Assembly: GCF_018977255.1 (NCBI RefSeq)
Contig: NW_024704742.1
Location: 135,782,001-135,846,000 of the forward strand
Direction: 5' to 3'
Source: Callorhinchus milii
Taxonomy: Eukaryota
DNA length: 64,000 nucleotides
Shown: in pieces, positions 34,201 to 47,529 of the stretch
How the letters are laid out: each line of letters opens with the position of its first letter
Numbering within the stretch: position 1 is the stretch's first letter
Notes under the pieces: model-generated
The model's database searches: none
The model's input: the letters and a program-made list of their open reading frames with translations, nothing else
What the model was told of the DNA's origin: nothing
Position numbers and translations under genes: made by a program

Positions 34201-37200
34201 GCGCTTCACAGGATAGTCTGTAAAGGGGGTTTGACAGTATATTTTGTGGGCGAAACGCAGCAGCCAATCGCGCACAGCAGCGTCCCACCATCAGTCGTGG
34301 ATGAAGTGACCAATTTCTTTTTGAGTGATTATTATTCCCGGAAACCGGTCTGCCAATCGTCGAACAACCGGGTTCCGTCTTACAGCTCGGTAAACGGAGG
34401 CGTGTGGAGTAAGGAAACTTGCCTACTGTTTTGCCTCACCCATCCTAGAAATCAAACCCGTGTCCTCTCGCTCGCGAGGCGAGCGGACTAACCACTACAC
34501 TATGGGATTCTAAGCTCCTGTTACCAGCGTTGAAAAGAAAGGCATCGCTGTGGATAATTCACGTCTGACTGTGAGCTGCTACTACCTGGGTAATGGACAG
34601 TAACTTGTGTGTAATGTTATTTCTATTCCTCGTTGACCCGCTGTGGTGATCTATATCTTTTAATTATATTTGTTGGGCTAGGAAAGGGGGGGGCGGGGTT
34701 AGCATTCTTGAACAGCTGATGACAGCTCAGCTAACCTCCCAGTGCCCGCTATGCTTTTCATGTATATCTAATGCTTTCACTGGTTCAAAAACAGGCTCTT
34801 AAGCATTATTATATGCCTTCAAGGCAAATCCTGTCATCTTATTTTTCCTTTGGAAGTGGATCGTGTGTCTTGAGTCCATGTATCAAGCCTCAGCTGTTTT
34901 GCTTGCATCCCCAGTGAAAGTGCAAACATATCTTCTCACTGTTGTCTAGGCTGTGAGTGTGTGTTTTTTTTATTCGACTGAAAAATAACAGTGAAAAAAG
35001 CCAGAATAGGATAGATTCAGCTCCCTCCCCCCTTGATCGTTCTCTCTGTTTAAGCCAGGAGATGCGAGATGGTGGGGGAGAAAGGAGAAGGAAGGAAGTC
35101 ATTTATAATAATAATAATCCTTGCATTTGATGTAGCGCCTTATCATGTCTTCGAGACGTCTCAAAGCGCTTCGCAGAAAAGACTTAAGTGAATTGACTGT
35201 ATATTTTATACTGTAAAGTGGAGCGACTGTGTATTTTGTGAGCAAAACACAGCAGCCAGTTGCACACAGCAATGTCCTACAAACAGCCATGGAGTGAGTG
35301 ACCAATTATATTTGGGGGACTGTTCGCCAGGACACCGGGAGAGAGAAACCCCCTTTTCTTTTCGAATAGCGCTACAGGATCTTTAACATCCACCTGAACA
35401 GGCATCGGGACCTTGAATTAACGTCTCATCTGATGGATGGGTGTTAAGGCGCGGGAAGCAGAGGGAGCACCGGATGGAGTTTCAGAGCGTGCGGAGGGCG
35501 GGGGAGTTGGGGGTGGAAGAATGGCTGAAAACTGACCGTGCAAATTGGACGCCTCTCACCAGTGATTGCGAGAACCAGCTTTCTGGAGAGAGAGAGAGAG
35601 AGAGAGAAGTAGATGAATGCCGGTGCCCAGATTGGAAGGATCCAAACACATGCCTGACGGGTGTGAATTATATATGATGCTCCGTCCTGGCTCTGTCGGT
35701 AGCACTCTCGCCTCTGGGTCAGAACATTGTCAGCTCCCCACTCTCCCCCCCCACCATCCCCACCCCCCCCACACACACACACTGGGACTCAAGCTCATGA
35801 TCAAGGCTCACACACTAGATCAGCACCGGGGGGTGTGGAAGGGAGGCATCATTTCTGGGGGCACCGTGAGATGTTAATCTGAAGCCTGAGGTGATGCAGA
35901 TGGTGGGGGGGGGAGAGTGGGGATCTTACAATGTTCTGACCCAGAGGCGAGAGTGCTGCCGACAGAGCCAGGACGGAGCATCATATATAATGCAGATTAA
36001 GAGAGAGAGAGAGAGAGAGCATGGAGTTTCTCACTGGCTACTATTGCTCCTCTTTGCTCCCAAATTTCCCTACATCAATTGGCATTACTTGCCTCCCCTT
36101 TATTTGGGGAATGGATGACAATAGAGGGGGCCCGGGGTGGGTGGAGGCTGGTGGGGGGCTTGTTGGGGGAAAGAGATGCACAGTTTTAGGACTGTTGAAA
36201 GAATTTTGTTGTCAAGGAGCCTACGCCCGTTCCTATGACTGCAGGCATTGGAGAACACACTCGCCACCCAAGCGAGAGGACCCGGGTTCGATTCCCGGGC
36301 AGGACGAAACCTTGAGCACATTTCCTTACTCCACACGCCTCTGTTTACCTAACAGTAAACAGGAACTCCAGTGGCTGCCAAGTTTCACCCCAAAAATACA
36401 GTCAATTCACTTTACAACATATTCCGTGAAGCACTTTGGGACGTCTCAAAGACGTGATAACGTGCCGTACCAAACACAAGGTTAATAATAATATTCCTTG
36501 AGCTCGATATAGCTCCTTATCACGTAGCTGTAAATGCAAGGATGATGATTATTATAATCACGGTTAATGTAGAAACGGAGGAGAATATAAAGGACGGCGC
36601 TGGCAGAAATGAGGCTTTCTTAAAACTCTTGAGTGCCCCCGTGCGTGTTTATATATATTTAATGAAACAGAGCTGTTTCTGCTGCTATCGGGTGTCTTGC
36701 TGTGCAGATCTCCCTGAGCTGCCTTGATAGCACAAGGCCAGACCGACGCGAGCGAGTTCTGTCGGGCTGTGAGTTGATCAGCCTGGAATTGGAAACGCTC
36801 CAGGACTGAGCTTTCCCACTGCCGTGTCCACAGCCATAACACATCAATCACAGACGCACTGAGGGTTCGCTGGATGCACTGCATCCAAACACATGTCTCT
36901 GAGAGGCAGCCAGGCTCAGTGGGGTATCGCTCTCGCCTCTGAATCCACCCTCGCCCGGCTCCACCAGCTCCCCGTCCGCCCAGAGGATACAGTTCAAAAT
37001 CCTCGCCCTCACTTTCAAAGCCCCTCCACAGCCTTGTTCCCCTCCTGCCTCTGTGACCTGCTAACCCTATGCCAACCTGTCCGCTCCCTCCGCTCAGCCC
37101 CCACCCTCTGAAACTCCATCCCAGAGCCCCTCCGCCTCGCCGGCCTCCCTTGACCTCCTTCAAGGCCCCATCCTCAAGACTTTTCTGTTCAATCAGCCGC

Positions 37201-37269
37201 CCTCCCACCTCCCCTTACCCTCCACCCCTCTTGATTCCAAACCACACAGTTCGGGCGCAAACTATTTAA

Positions 37270-38882
37270 CCGTCCACTTTCTTGCCCCACATATCACCGG
37301 CATCATCAACCTGTCCCTCTCCTCTGGCTCTGTCCCCATTCCCTTAAAAACTGCCATCATCACGCCCACCCTGAAAAAACCCTCCCTTGATGCGTCGCAG
37401 CTATCAAGCTACCGGCCCATCTCCAACCTCCCCTTTCTCTCCAAGGTCTTGGAAAGAGTTGTCGCCTCCCAACTGCGCTCTTTCCTTTCCACCCATTCTC
37501 TTTTCGAACCCCTTCAGTCAGGTTTCCGTGCTGCCCATAGCACAGAAACTGCCCTGGTCAAGGTCACCAATGATATCCTGACCATCTGTGACCAGGGCTC
37601 CCTCTGTCTCCTCGTCCTCCTCGACCTATCGGCAGCATTCGATACGGTCGACCACGCTATCCTACTCCACCGCTTGTCCTCCCACCTCAACCTTCAAGGC
37701 ACTGTCCTTGAATGGTTTAGGTCGTACCTTTCTCACCGTCTTCACTTTGTCTCGACGAATGGCTTCTCCTCCACCCCCCGTACTGTCTCATGTGGTGTCC
37801 CTCAGGGCTCTGTCCTCGGTCCCCTCCTCTTCACCCTCTATATGCTCCCCCTCGGTGACATCATCCGCAGACATGGAGTTAACTTCCACATGTATGCGGA
37901 TGACACCCAACTCTACCTTTCCTCCTCTACTCTCAACTCCACGACCACCGATGTCCTGACAGCCTGCCTGTCCGACATCGAGTCCTGGACGAGAGACAAC
38001 TTTCTTCAGCTCAACGTGCGAAAAACCGAGGCCCTCCTGATTGGCTCACGTCAGCGCCTCCGCACCTCAGGCGCTGACACCATCAGCATCCAAGGCTGCA
38101 CTCTCCACCTCTCAAAGCCAGTCAGGAACCTCGGCGTTTTGTTCGACCCTGAGCTGTCCTTTCTCCCTCACATCCGCACCACAACTGGCACCGCCTTCCA
38201 TCACCTCCGGAACATCGCCAGACTACGGCACTACCTCACCCCTCACGCTGCTGAAACCCTGGTCCACGCCTTTGTCACCTCAAGGCTGGACTATGGGAAC
38301 TCTCTCCTCGCCGGCCTTCCCGCCACCTCCCTCCACACTGCAGGTCATTCAGAACTCTGCAGCTCGTGTACTGTCCCGCACCAGACACCGCGACCACATC
38401 ACTCCCACCCTCGCTCGCCTCCACTGGCTCCCCATCCCCCAGAGGATTGATTTCAAGATCCTCATCCTCACCTACAAGGCCATTCACGGCCTTGCTCCCT
38501 CCTACCTCTCCAACCTACTATCCCCCTACCTACCTGCCCGTACCCTCCGTTCCTCCGGCTCCGGTCTGCTCCACGTCCCCCGCCCCAACCGCCCTACCAT
38601 CGGTGGTCGGGCCTTCAGCCTCTCAGCCCCGAGGCTCTGGAACTCTATCCCCAGTGCCTTCGCCGCTTCCTCCCTTTCCTCCTTCAAGGCCGGTCTCAAA
38701 ACCTTTCTCTTTGACCGTGCCTTCAGCTCCCCTCTCGACTCTCTACCCCCTCCTCGCTCCCTCCCTCCCCCTCACCCTGACCATTTCCCCCCTGCTCGGG
38801 TCATGACCCAACTGTGCAGCGCCTTGGGACGTCCTCCTGACGTGAAAGGCGCTTTATAAATGGAATCTTCTTGTTGTTGTTG
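37270..38882 (+). mobile_element. L2-clade LINE, 5'-truncated, nearly intact reverse transcriptase with one frameshift near 38340
   Basis: [59 protein letters not shown]; 3' stem-loop and (TTG)n tail. Confidence 0.95.
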
Positions 38883-39566
38883 CTGTCCAGAGCCTTGGGA
38901 CGTCTTTCCAATTTGAAACGTAATAATTTTCTTCTTCCTGTTAAACAGTTTCCATCTGTGCCGGTTCATGTGGAAGTCAAAGATCCCTTTTGCCACTGTA
39001 AGAAAAGAAAAAAGAAATTTGAGTCTGGTCATTCAATCCACGACTGTTTGTGGGACGCTGCTGTGCGCAATTGGCTGCCACGTTTCGCCCACAGAATACA
39101 CAGTCACTCCACTTTACAATATGCTCCGTGAAGCGCTTTGAGACGTCTCGACCATGGGATAAGGAGCTATATCAAACGCAACCATTATTATTATAAATCG
39201 CAGCATAAATGGAAAGAAAATTAGGTTGATTAATGCACTGTACTTTCACAGTGTCACACCAGCAGGTGGCATGTGTAGATTAGGAATAAGGAACCAGGTT
39301 CCAAGCTAAATGGAGCAGAATTAGTTTTCACAGATCAGGGGATGGTTTGTTGGCTTTCTAAACAAATCATTTTAATAAATAAGAATAACAACTGCTGTGC
39401 GCAATTGGCTGCCGCGTTTCGCCCACAAATATACAGTCAATTCACTTTACAGTCTATTCTGTGAAGCGCTTTGAGATGTCGAGAAGACCTGAAAAGTGCT
39501 ATATCAAATACAAGGATTATTATTATTATTATTATTATAACTGGATTCAGTTTCTCTCACCTCTGG

Positions 39567-40618
39567 AGCATAATAATAATGATCCTTGCATTTGATATAG
39601 CGCCTTATCACATCGTTCAAATGCCTCAAAGCACTTCACAGAATATGTTGTGAAGTGGAGTTACTGTGTATTTTATTGGTGAAACTCAGCAGTCAGTTGC
39701 ACACAGCCGTGTCCCACAAACAGTCGAGGATTGAGTGACCAAATTTTTTTTAATTGAAGGGATTATTGCCTCTGGAAAGCAATCCGTTAATTGACTAACA
39801 ACCGGGTTCCTACTTACTGCTAGGTAAACGGAGGCGTGTGGAGTAAGGAAATCTGCCTAATTTTTTTTTTGCCTTGTCCGGAAATTGCCAGGTCCTCTCG
39901 CTTGCGAGACGAGTGTTCTAACCACTACGCTACAGGACTCCACAAATGACTTGGCCGACAACTGCTGATAGTCAATCGGGGTTTTAAGCAGTAAGATTGA
40001 AGGAACATTTGTTCGGATTACTCTTGGTAGGAACACCCAACAGGGAAATCTGCAATAGTAGCTTACAATCAGTGTGCCCGAGGGTGGTGATATTTAAGAG
40101 TCCGAATGTGAGCAGTCAAACACTAAATGTGCTTTAACTGTACGGACGTGAGAGATCTTTGCTTGTGATTTACTTTTCTCAAAACTTACGCCCCAAAAAA
40201 GCCCATCTGAACCTCCGTAAATAGAGAAAAGCTCTAATAATAATCCTTGCATTTGATATAGTGCCTTATCACGCCGTTGAGATGTCTCAAAGAGCTTCAC
40301 ATGATATACTGTAAAGTAGGTTGACTGCCTTTTTGTGGGCGCAACGCGGCAGCCAATTGCACACAGCAGTGTCCCACAGACAGTCTTGGATTGAGTGACC
40401 ACATTATTTTTTGGAGGGATTATTATCCCCAGAAAGCGATCCGCCAATCGACTAACCTCAACAACAATTCACTAACAACTGTGTTCCTACTCACTGCTGG
40501 GTAAACGGAGATGTGTAGAGTAAGGAAACTTGCATGAGGTTTCTCCCTGCCCGGGAATCAAACCCTTGTCCTCTCGCTTGCGAGGCGAGAGCTCTAACCA
40601 CTACACTACAGGCCTGCA
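39567..40618 (-). mobile_element. Two full-length copies of the longer tRNA-SINE subfamily (39567-39942, 40235-40618); further copies at ~2460-2830, 24416-24733, 32771-33137, 34144-34510, 41568-41910, 44246-44556, 55200-55620, 57520-57850, 59254-59615
   Basis: Same head and tail plus internal block CTGTTTACCTAGCAGTAAGTAGGAACCCGGTTGTTAGTCGATTGGCGGATCGC. Confidence 0.88.
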
Positions 40619-43262
40619 CCCTCCTGCTATGTGTTTGACTCTGATTGTAAAGCACTCTGAATAATGTTACTCTGTGAGGTGCTGCACAAAGACAAATTGT
40701 TGTTCGGGAGCTGTGGTTCTTGACAGATGCTCAGTTTGTTGGCAGTGTAATAGCATTATGCTGCCTTTAATACCCAGGACCGTAATTGTAATCTTGTCTC
40801 CCTGGACTCAATACTAATCACATTCCAGCCAGCGACTTTCAGCTATTCTACTGGCTTGCAGATAGCAATGCTCTCAAAGCCATCTCCTTGATTAATAGCT
40901 GTCCCTGAACTTGATGCACCGACTGTAACGTTACAGCATCTCAAAGCGCTTCCCAGGAAAGTGCTGTCGCGTGTAGTGACTGTCAAACGCAGCATCTGTG
41001 CTGCACGCAGCAATGTCCCACAAACCGCTGTGCGCAATTGGCTGCCACGTTTCGCCCACAAAAGATACAGTCAATTCATTTTACAGTGTATTCTGTGAAG
41101 CGCTTTGAGATGTCTCGAAGACGTGATAAGGTGCGGCAAGGATTGTTATTAATATGATAAACAGCCATGGAGTTAGTGAGCGAGAGAGTGTGAGAGAGTG
41201 TGAGGGAGAGAGTAAGAGAGTGTGTGAGACGGTGTAAGAGAGAGAGTGTACATGCAGCCATGCTGCACAGAGCCACAAAGGAAACGCAATTAATCTGAAG
41301 AATTGTCAGACAGGCAGGAAAAACTGCCTTCTCTTTTCCACCAACTCTACACAATCTTTAAAGTCCAACTGAGCAGGCAGACAGGAGCTTGGATTAATGT
41401 TTTATTTGAAGGACAGCACCTCTGACAACCCAGAGCTCTCTCCCAGTCCGTACTGAGGGTATGTGAGGGGCGCGTAAATTGCTCACAGCCTTTCTCGGGT
41501 GACGGAGGGGAAATGTAGCAAAGGTTCCTGCTCTGTTCACTCTACAGCACCCACTACTGGTCCTTTGTGAGTCCTGTAGCTCAGTGGTTAGTGCATTCAC
41601 CTCGAAAGCAAGAGGACCCGGGTTCGATTCCCAGGCAGGGCGAAACCTTAGCCAAGTTTCCTACTCCACCCGCCTCTGTTTACCTAACAGCATGTAGGAA
41701 CCCGGTTCTTGGTCAATTGGCAGATCATTTTCCGTGGCAATAATCCCTCCAAAAAATAATTTGGTCACTCAATCCATGGCTGTTTGTGGGACACTGCTGA
41801 GCGCAATTGCCTGCCGCGTTTTGACCACAAAATACACAGTATATTCAGTGAGGGGCTTTGAGACGTCTCAAAGACGTGATGAGGCGCTGTATCTAATGCA
41901 AGGATCGTTATGATAGCTGGGTGAGGGGAGGTCAGGCTGAGCTGCGGCATCCTCTAGTGGTGACAACACTCTCTGCCAAGGCTCATGTGGCCACCAATGA
42001 AGGGCACTGGAGAGGCCTCAGTGTCCAACCAATGGGGGAGACGAGGGGGGCGAAGGAGCAGAGAGAGACGCAAGCCAAGTTTTTATGAATTGGGATTGAA
42101 TTTGTGACTAATCTTTCCCATCTCTGGTCTCTAATTATTTATAGCATCGCTGGCTCTTTAGACATGGATGGAAGCCAGACGTTATGAAGCACTTAATCGC
42201 CCCAGAGACTGACTAATTCTCCTCAAGACGCTCTTTAAAGTCGAATTCCTCCTGGTTCAGCCAAACCACGAAGTCAGCCTGAGGTCATTAATACAAGCTG
42301 ACAGTCCAGAGCAGTATAATAATGATAATAAGCCCCAGGCAGGGCGAAACCTTAGACAAGTTTCCTTACTCCACACGTCTCTAATTACCTTGCAGTAAGT
42401 AGGAACCTGGTTGTCAGGCAATTGGAGGATCACTTTCCCTTAAAAAATTGTGATCGCTCAATCCATGACTGTTTGGCTGCCACGTTTCGCCCACAAAATA
42501 CACAGTGTATTCTGTGAAGCGCTTTGAGAAATCTCAACGACATGATAAGGCGCTATATTACACACAAGAATTATTAATAATATTATTATGCACAGGATGT
42601 CAAAGTGTCCCTTAGTGCTCTACAGCAAGCTCTCAAGTTGCTAGGAATGTGTGCCAGCCTGGCTCAGTTCTGAAGTCAGGAGGTTGTGGGACCTACTAAA
42701 ATGTTACCAACCTGTCCGTTCCCTCAGCTCGGCGGGCATTGGCCTGCTCCATGTCTCTCGTTCGGCCCGCTCTACCATCAGCGATCGGGCCTTCAGCCTT
42801 TCTGCCCCCACCCTCTGGAATTCCATCCCAGAGCCCCGCCACCTCACCCCCTCCCTTGCCTCCTTCAAGGCCTGTCTCAAGACCTTCCTCTTTGACCGTG
42901 CCTGCGGTCACCTTCCTTAACCCTCCACCCCCCTTGGCTGCAACCCCCAGCTCGGGTGCAAACCCTTCACTTCCAACACCTTTCATACATCCTCCCGCTA
43001 TGAAAGCCGCTGGATTTAAAATCTTCTATATCTCCAGAAAGTTATTCTGAGACGAACCCTTTCGAGATTGAAGAGGCCCTGGTTTACCTAATCATTGCAC
43101 GCAGCTGAGTCCTCCAACACTGAGGATCAGGCTCATTGTTTGCCTGGGCGGTCCCTTATGTTGCAGCACAGAGCTCCAGGCGAGGTCTGACCAGAGTTCT
43201 CACAGCTTCAGTGTGATGTCCGGGGATCTGATCTCAACTGATCTAACATGGCAAAGCTGACC

Positions 43263-43717
43263 CTGTAACCCCTTGTCGTGTCTCGGTGTATCTGGAAGTG
43301 ATGTGCCACTCAATCCCATTCAGGTGCCTCTTACGGAGACAACTCCTGTTAACCCTGCAAGCCAAAGGCTTAACAGGTAGGGTGGTCCAAGCTGGACAAG
43401 CAGCGGGAAATCTTGTCAGACAGCGATACCAACGGAAAGTTATGCAGCGTTACGCGCCAGCAGTTACTCCAACTCACACTCTGGGATCTCCCCAAAGCCT
43501 TGGCTCTTGCCAATCTGCGCCGAATACTTTCTGGAGTTAGATAAGCAGGATGTGTCCCTCCAGGGAGAGAGAGAGAGCGCATTCCGTTCCAACAAACTAT
43601 CTCTGGGGTTTTCATGTGTAGGTGCGATGCAGGGAATTCTCAGCTTGGTTTGGATGCTCTTAAGCATCGGTGATGGGTTTCTGTGTGTATTAGACACCCG
43701 GCTGACCAAAAAAAAAT
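43263..43717 (+). mobile_element. Unclassified interspersed repeat ending GACACCCGGCTGACC(A)n; other copies ~20640-20920, 53200-53275, 63250-63494
   Basis: Four mutually alignable copies, three sharing the same right-hand end. Confidence 0.75.
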
Positions 43718-46700
43718 GTAGTTAAAAATAACGAGCAGCCCCCAGCTTGTCTAACGGTTACTCAAAGCTCGTTCCTCTGTTGAAATCAACTGGGATGAGT
43801 TCTGCCACACTGTAGCCGGGCGGGGGTATCAAATGGACCTTTTTCTCTCTCTCTCTCTCTCTCTCTCTGGCCGCCTGTCACTCTGTTGTCTCCTCGTGTT
43901 CAATTAGGTTACAAAGCCATTCGATAAGGAATGGAGGCAATTAGAAAAGGTCAGGATGAATAAATGCTGTTGAATCATCCTTTTGCTTCCCCGTTGGGTA
44001 TATCAGCCACAGTAATCCTGATATAGCACCTCTCTCCACTGACGCTCTGACCTGACTACACTGCAGATCCATCCTCATTGTGCAACACAGTCACAGAGGT
44101 TTGTCGGTGTACCTCAGCCCTGAAATTCTACTCGGTCCTAGCCCCGAGACCATTTTGTCTTAAAGATTGGAGATTTTTGATGCGGCTTTTTCCGGTGCTG
44201 ATTTTTTTTGGGTGGGGGGGGAATTTACATTCTGTCTTCATTATTGGTCCTGTAGCATTGTGGTTAGAGCGCTTGGCTTACAAGTGAGAGGGGACCCGGG
44301 TTTGATTCCTGGACAGGGCGAAACCTTTAACAAACTTCCTTACTCCACAGGCCCCTGTTTACCTAGCAATAAGTAGGAACCCCGTTGTTAGTCGATTGGC
44401 GGATTGCTCTCTGGGGGTAATAATCTCTATTATTCTTACATGTTTCGCCTACAGAATATTCGGTCACTCCACTTCACAGTATATTACGTGAAGTGCTTTG
44501 AGATGTCTCATTGACGTGATAAAGCGCTATATCAAATGCAAAGATTGTTATTATCATTAATCTTTTTTTCAATAACTGTGGAAATTAGGCTGTGGGTATC
44601 AGTCAGGCTCACTCGGTACTGTTGTTGCTTGGATTCAGACAGACGGGCTGACACTCCAATGCAGTGCAATGCCGTGCTGGGCATCATGCTGCATTCTCAG
44701 AGACACCATCCTTCAGACGAGATGTTAAACCGAGGTCCCATCTGGCTGTTGAGGTGGATGTTAAATATCCCATGGAGCTATTTGAAAAGAGAAAGGACTT
44801 TCTCTCCCCCGGAGTCCTGGTCAACAATCTCCAGATAAAAGGGTCATTCACTTCAAAGCTGTTTCTGGGTCATTGCCGCGTGTGAATTGGCTGTCGCATT
44901 CACCTACAAAATACACAATCATTCCACATCACAGTCGTTTCCCGTGAAGCGCTTTGGGAGGTCTCGACAGTGCGATAAGGCGCTGTATCATCGCTGCAAG
45001 GATTATTATTAAGGTTATTTGCTCAAGTCCTATGTCAGGGAGTTTTGAGTTCACAGTCCAGACTGTTGCTCTGGCACCAGCCGGGAGTGGGGGAAGAGCG
45101 CCCACATTGCCACATTAAAAAATTGGTGATTGACTTCATGGCTATTCGCTGGGACGTTGCTGTGCGCAACTTGGCTGCTGTGTTTTGCCCACAAAACACC
45201 TAGTCACTCCGCTTTACAGTAAACCCTGTGAAGCACTTTGGGGGCGTTCCGACATTGTGGGCGCGGTATCAAAAGTGAGGATTATTGTGGAGTCCTGTAG
45301 CGTGGTGGTTACAACAGCAACAACAACAGCTTGGATTTATATAGCGCCCTCCACGCCCGGACGGCGTCTCAGAGCGCTTCACGGTAGCGGATCCCGGGAC
45401 CGAGCCAGAGGGAGGGAGAAAAAAAAAGGCGTGGTCGAAAAGAAAGCACTCGCGTCGCAAGCGAGAGGACCCAGGTTCGATTCCCGATCGGGACAAAATA
45501 TTAGGCAAGTTCCTTACTCCACACTCCTCCGTTTTTCTAGCAGTAAGTAGAAACATGGTTGATAGTCGACTTGTGGATCGCTTTCTGGGGATAATAATCC
45601 TTGAAAACCCTGAACAATCGCCTATAAAATACACAGTTAATCCACTTTACGGTATATACTGTGAAGCGTTTTGAGACATCTCGACGACATGGTAAGGTGC
45701 CATATCAAATTGCAGGGCTTATTTTTATTATTATTATTATTAATATGCCCACATTCAGCTGCATTGGTCTCTGATCACTCCTGTTCTCCCGGCAAACTAC
45801 AAAAAATTTGCTCGGCATCTCGAGCCATTAGCATAATTTCATCCAACCCTAAAATAAAAAATAAAAAAGCGCACTTTGAGGCGAACATTTTCTCCTGACT
45901 GAGGAGCGTTTATAGGTTCAGGGCGCCTTGTACCATTCAGTGAGCTCGCCCGCTGCTCGACAAGCCGGCTAAAACACACACAGAATAAACCATCAGTGTC
46001 AAGATTAGAGAGCTTTTAAATTGGATTCCGTGTTGACACGTTTCTCTTGGCCGATGATTAGAAAGGGAGATGAGCTCTCGTTCCATGTTAATGAGTGTCT
46101 GCGGAGTCTCGGTGATCGGGGAGAAGGAGGAGGAGGGGTGGGGGGGGCGAGGGGGGAATGGATCTGCGTGCGGGTGGGGGGGGGTGGTGGGGGGGTGGGA
46201 GGGCGGTGTGGGGGGGTGTGTGTAAAGAGCCCGGGGATAGCAGGCGATTTTTGCAATGTACAGAACTCCGGGGATATGCATTTAATTTGAGTTACCAGCA
46301 GGCGGTGTGACATTGGCTTTCAGTGATAAAGCAAATCTTTAATGATCTCTGGTCAGCAATCAGTGACAGCTCCCGGTAAGTGAAACAGTATCCAATTTCA
46401 AACCTCCTGCACTCAGCACATGTAACCACTGAAATGAATTAGTTCTCTCGCCAGAGGATTAGATTTGTGAGTTTCGGCTCAAAGCGTCTCGACGACTGAT
46501 GGCTTCTCTTATTGCAGGAACGGCGCTTGCGTTTGATGTGGCGCCTTTTCACCCCTTCGAGACGTCTCGAAGCGCGTCACAAGAACTCGCTGCAAAGTGA
46601 GGTGGACTGTATATTTTCTGGCAAAGGCGCGGCAACCGTCCGCGCGCCGCAGCGTCCCGCAAATAGCCCGTGGACTGACGGACGCAATTGCTGTACGGTT

Positions 46701-46750
46701 TTTTTAAATTTGAATTTTTTTAAAAAATTTTAAGCCATCATAATAATCCT

Positions 46751-47068
46751 TAATAATACTCCTCGCATTTGATATAGCGCTTTTCACGTCGGGAGGACGT
46801 CCCAAAGCGCTTCACAGAACACACTGTAAAGTGAATTGACTGTATATTTGTGGGCGAACGCGGCAGCCAATTGCGCACAGCAATGTCCCACAAACAGTCG
46901 TAGATTGAAAATGGCCAATTTATTATTGTTTTTGGTTTTGGAGGGATTATTATTAGGCTCTGTGTGGAGTAAGGAAACTTGCCCAAGGTTTCGCCCTCTG
47001 CCTGGAATTGAACTCAGGTCTCTCGCTTGCAAAGCGAGTGCTCTAACCACTGAGTTACAGGACTCCAC
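46751..47068 (-). mobile_element. tRNA-headed SINE, young short subfamily
   Basis: Near-identical to 7543-7864 and 22678-23016. Confidence 0.92.
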
Positions 47069-47529
47069 ATAGAAACAGGGGGAGGCCATTCAGGCCCTCA
47101 AGGCTGTTCCGCCATTCTACAAGATCATGGTTGATCTGTACCTCAACTCCAATTACCTGCCCTTGCCCGATATTCCTTGATATCCTGACCTAATAACCGG
47201 GTAAACAGAGGCGTGCGGAGTATGGGAACTTACCGAAGGTTTTGCAATGCCCCGGAATCAAACCTGGGGTCCTCTCGCTTGCGAGGCGAGTGCTCTAATC
47301 ACTGCCCCACAGGACACCATCTGCCAATCGACTAATAATAATCCTCATATTTGACACAGCGACTGTAACATCAACACGTCTCGGAGCGCTTTGTTCCTAG
47401 GGAAATTTCTGTTAAGTGTAGTGACCGTGTATTTACTTGGAATTGCAAAGAAATTGTCGTCAGGTTGCCCGTGAGGGGAGGGAGGGCTTTTATACTGCCT
47501 GTGAGTTTTCACCCCACCACCACCACAAC

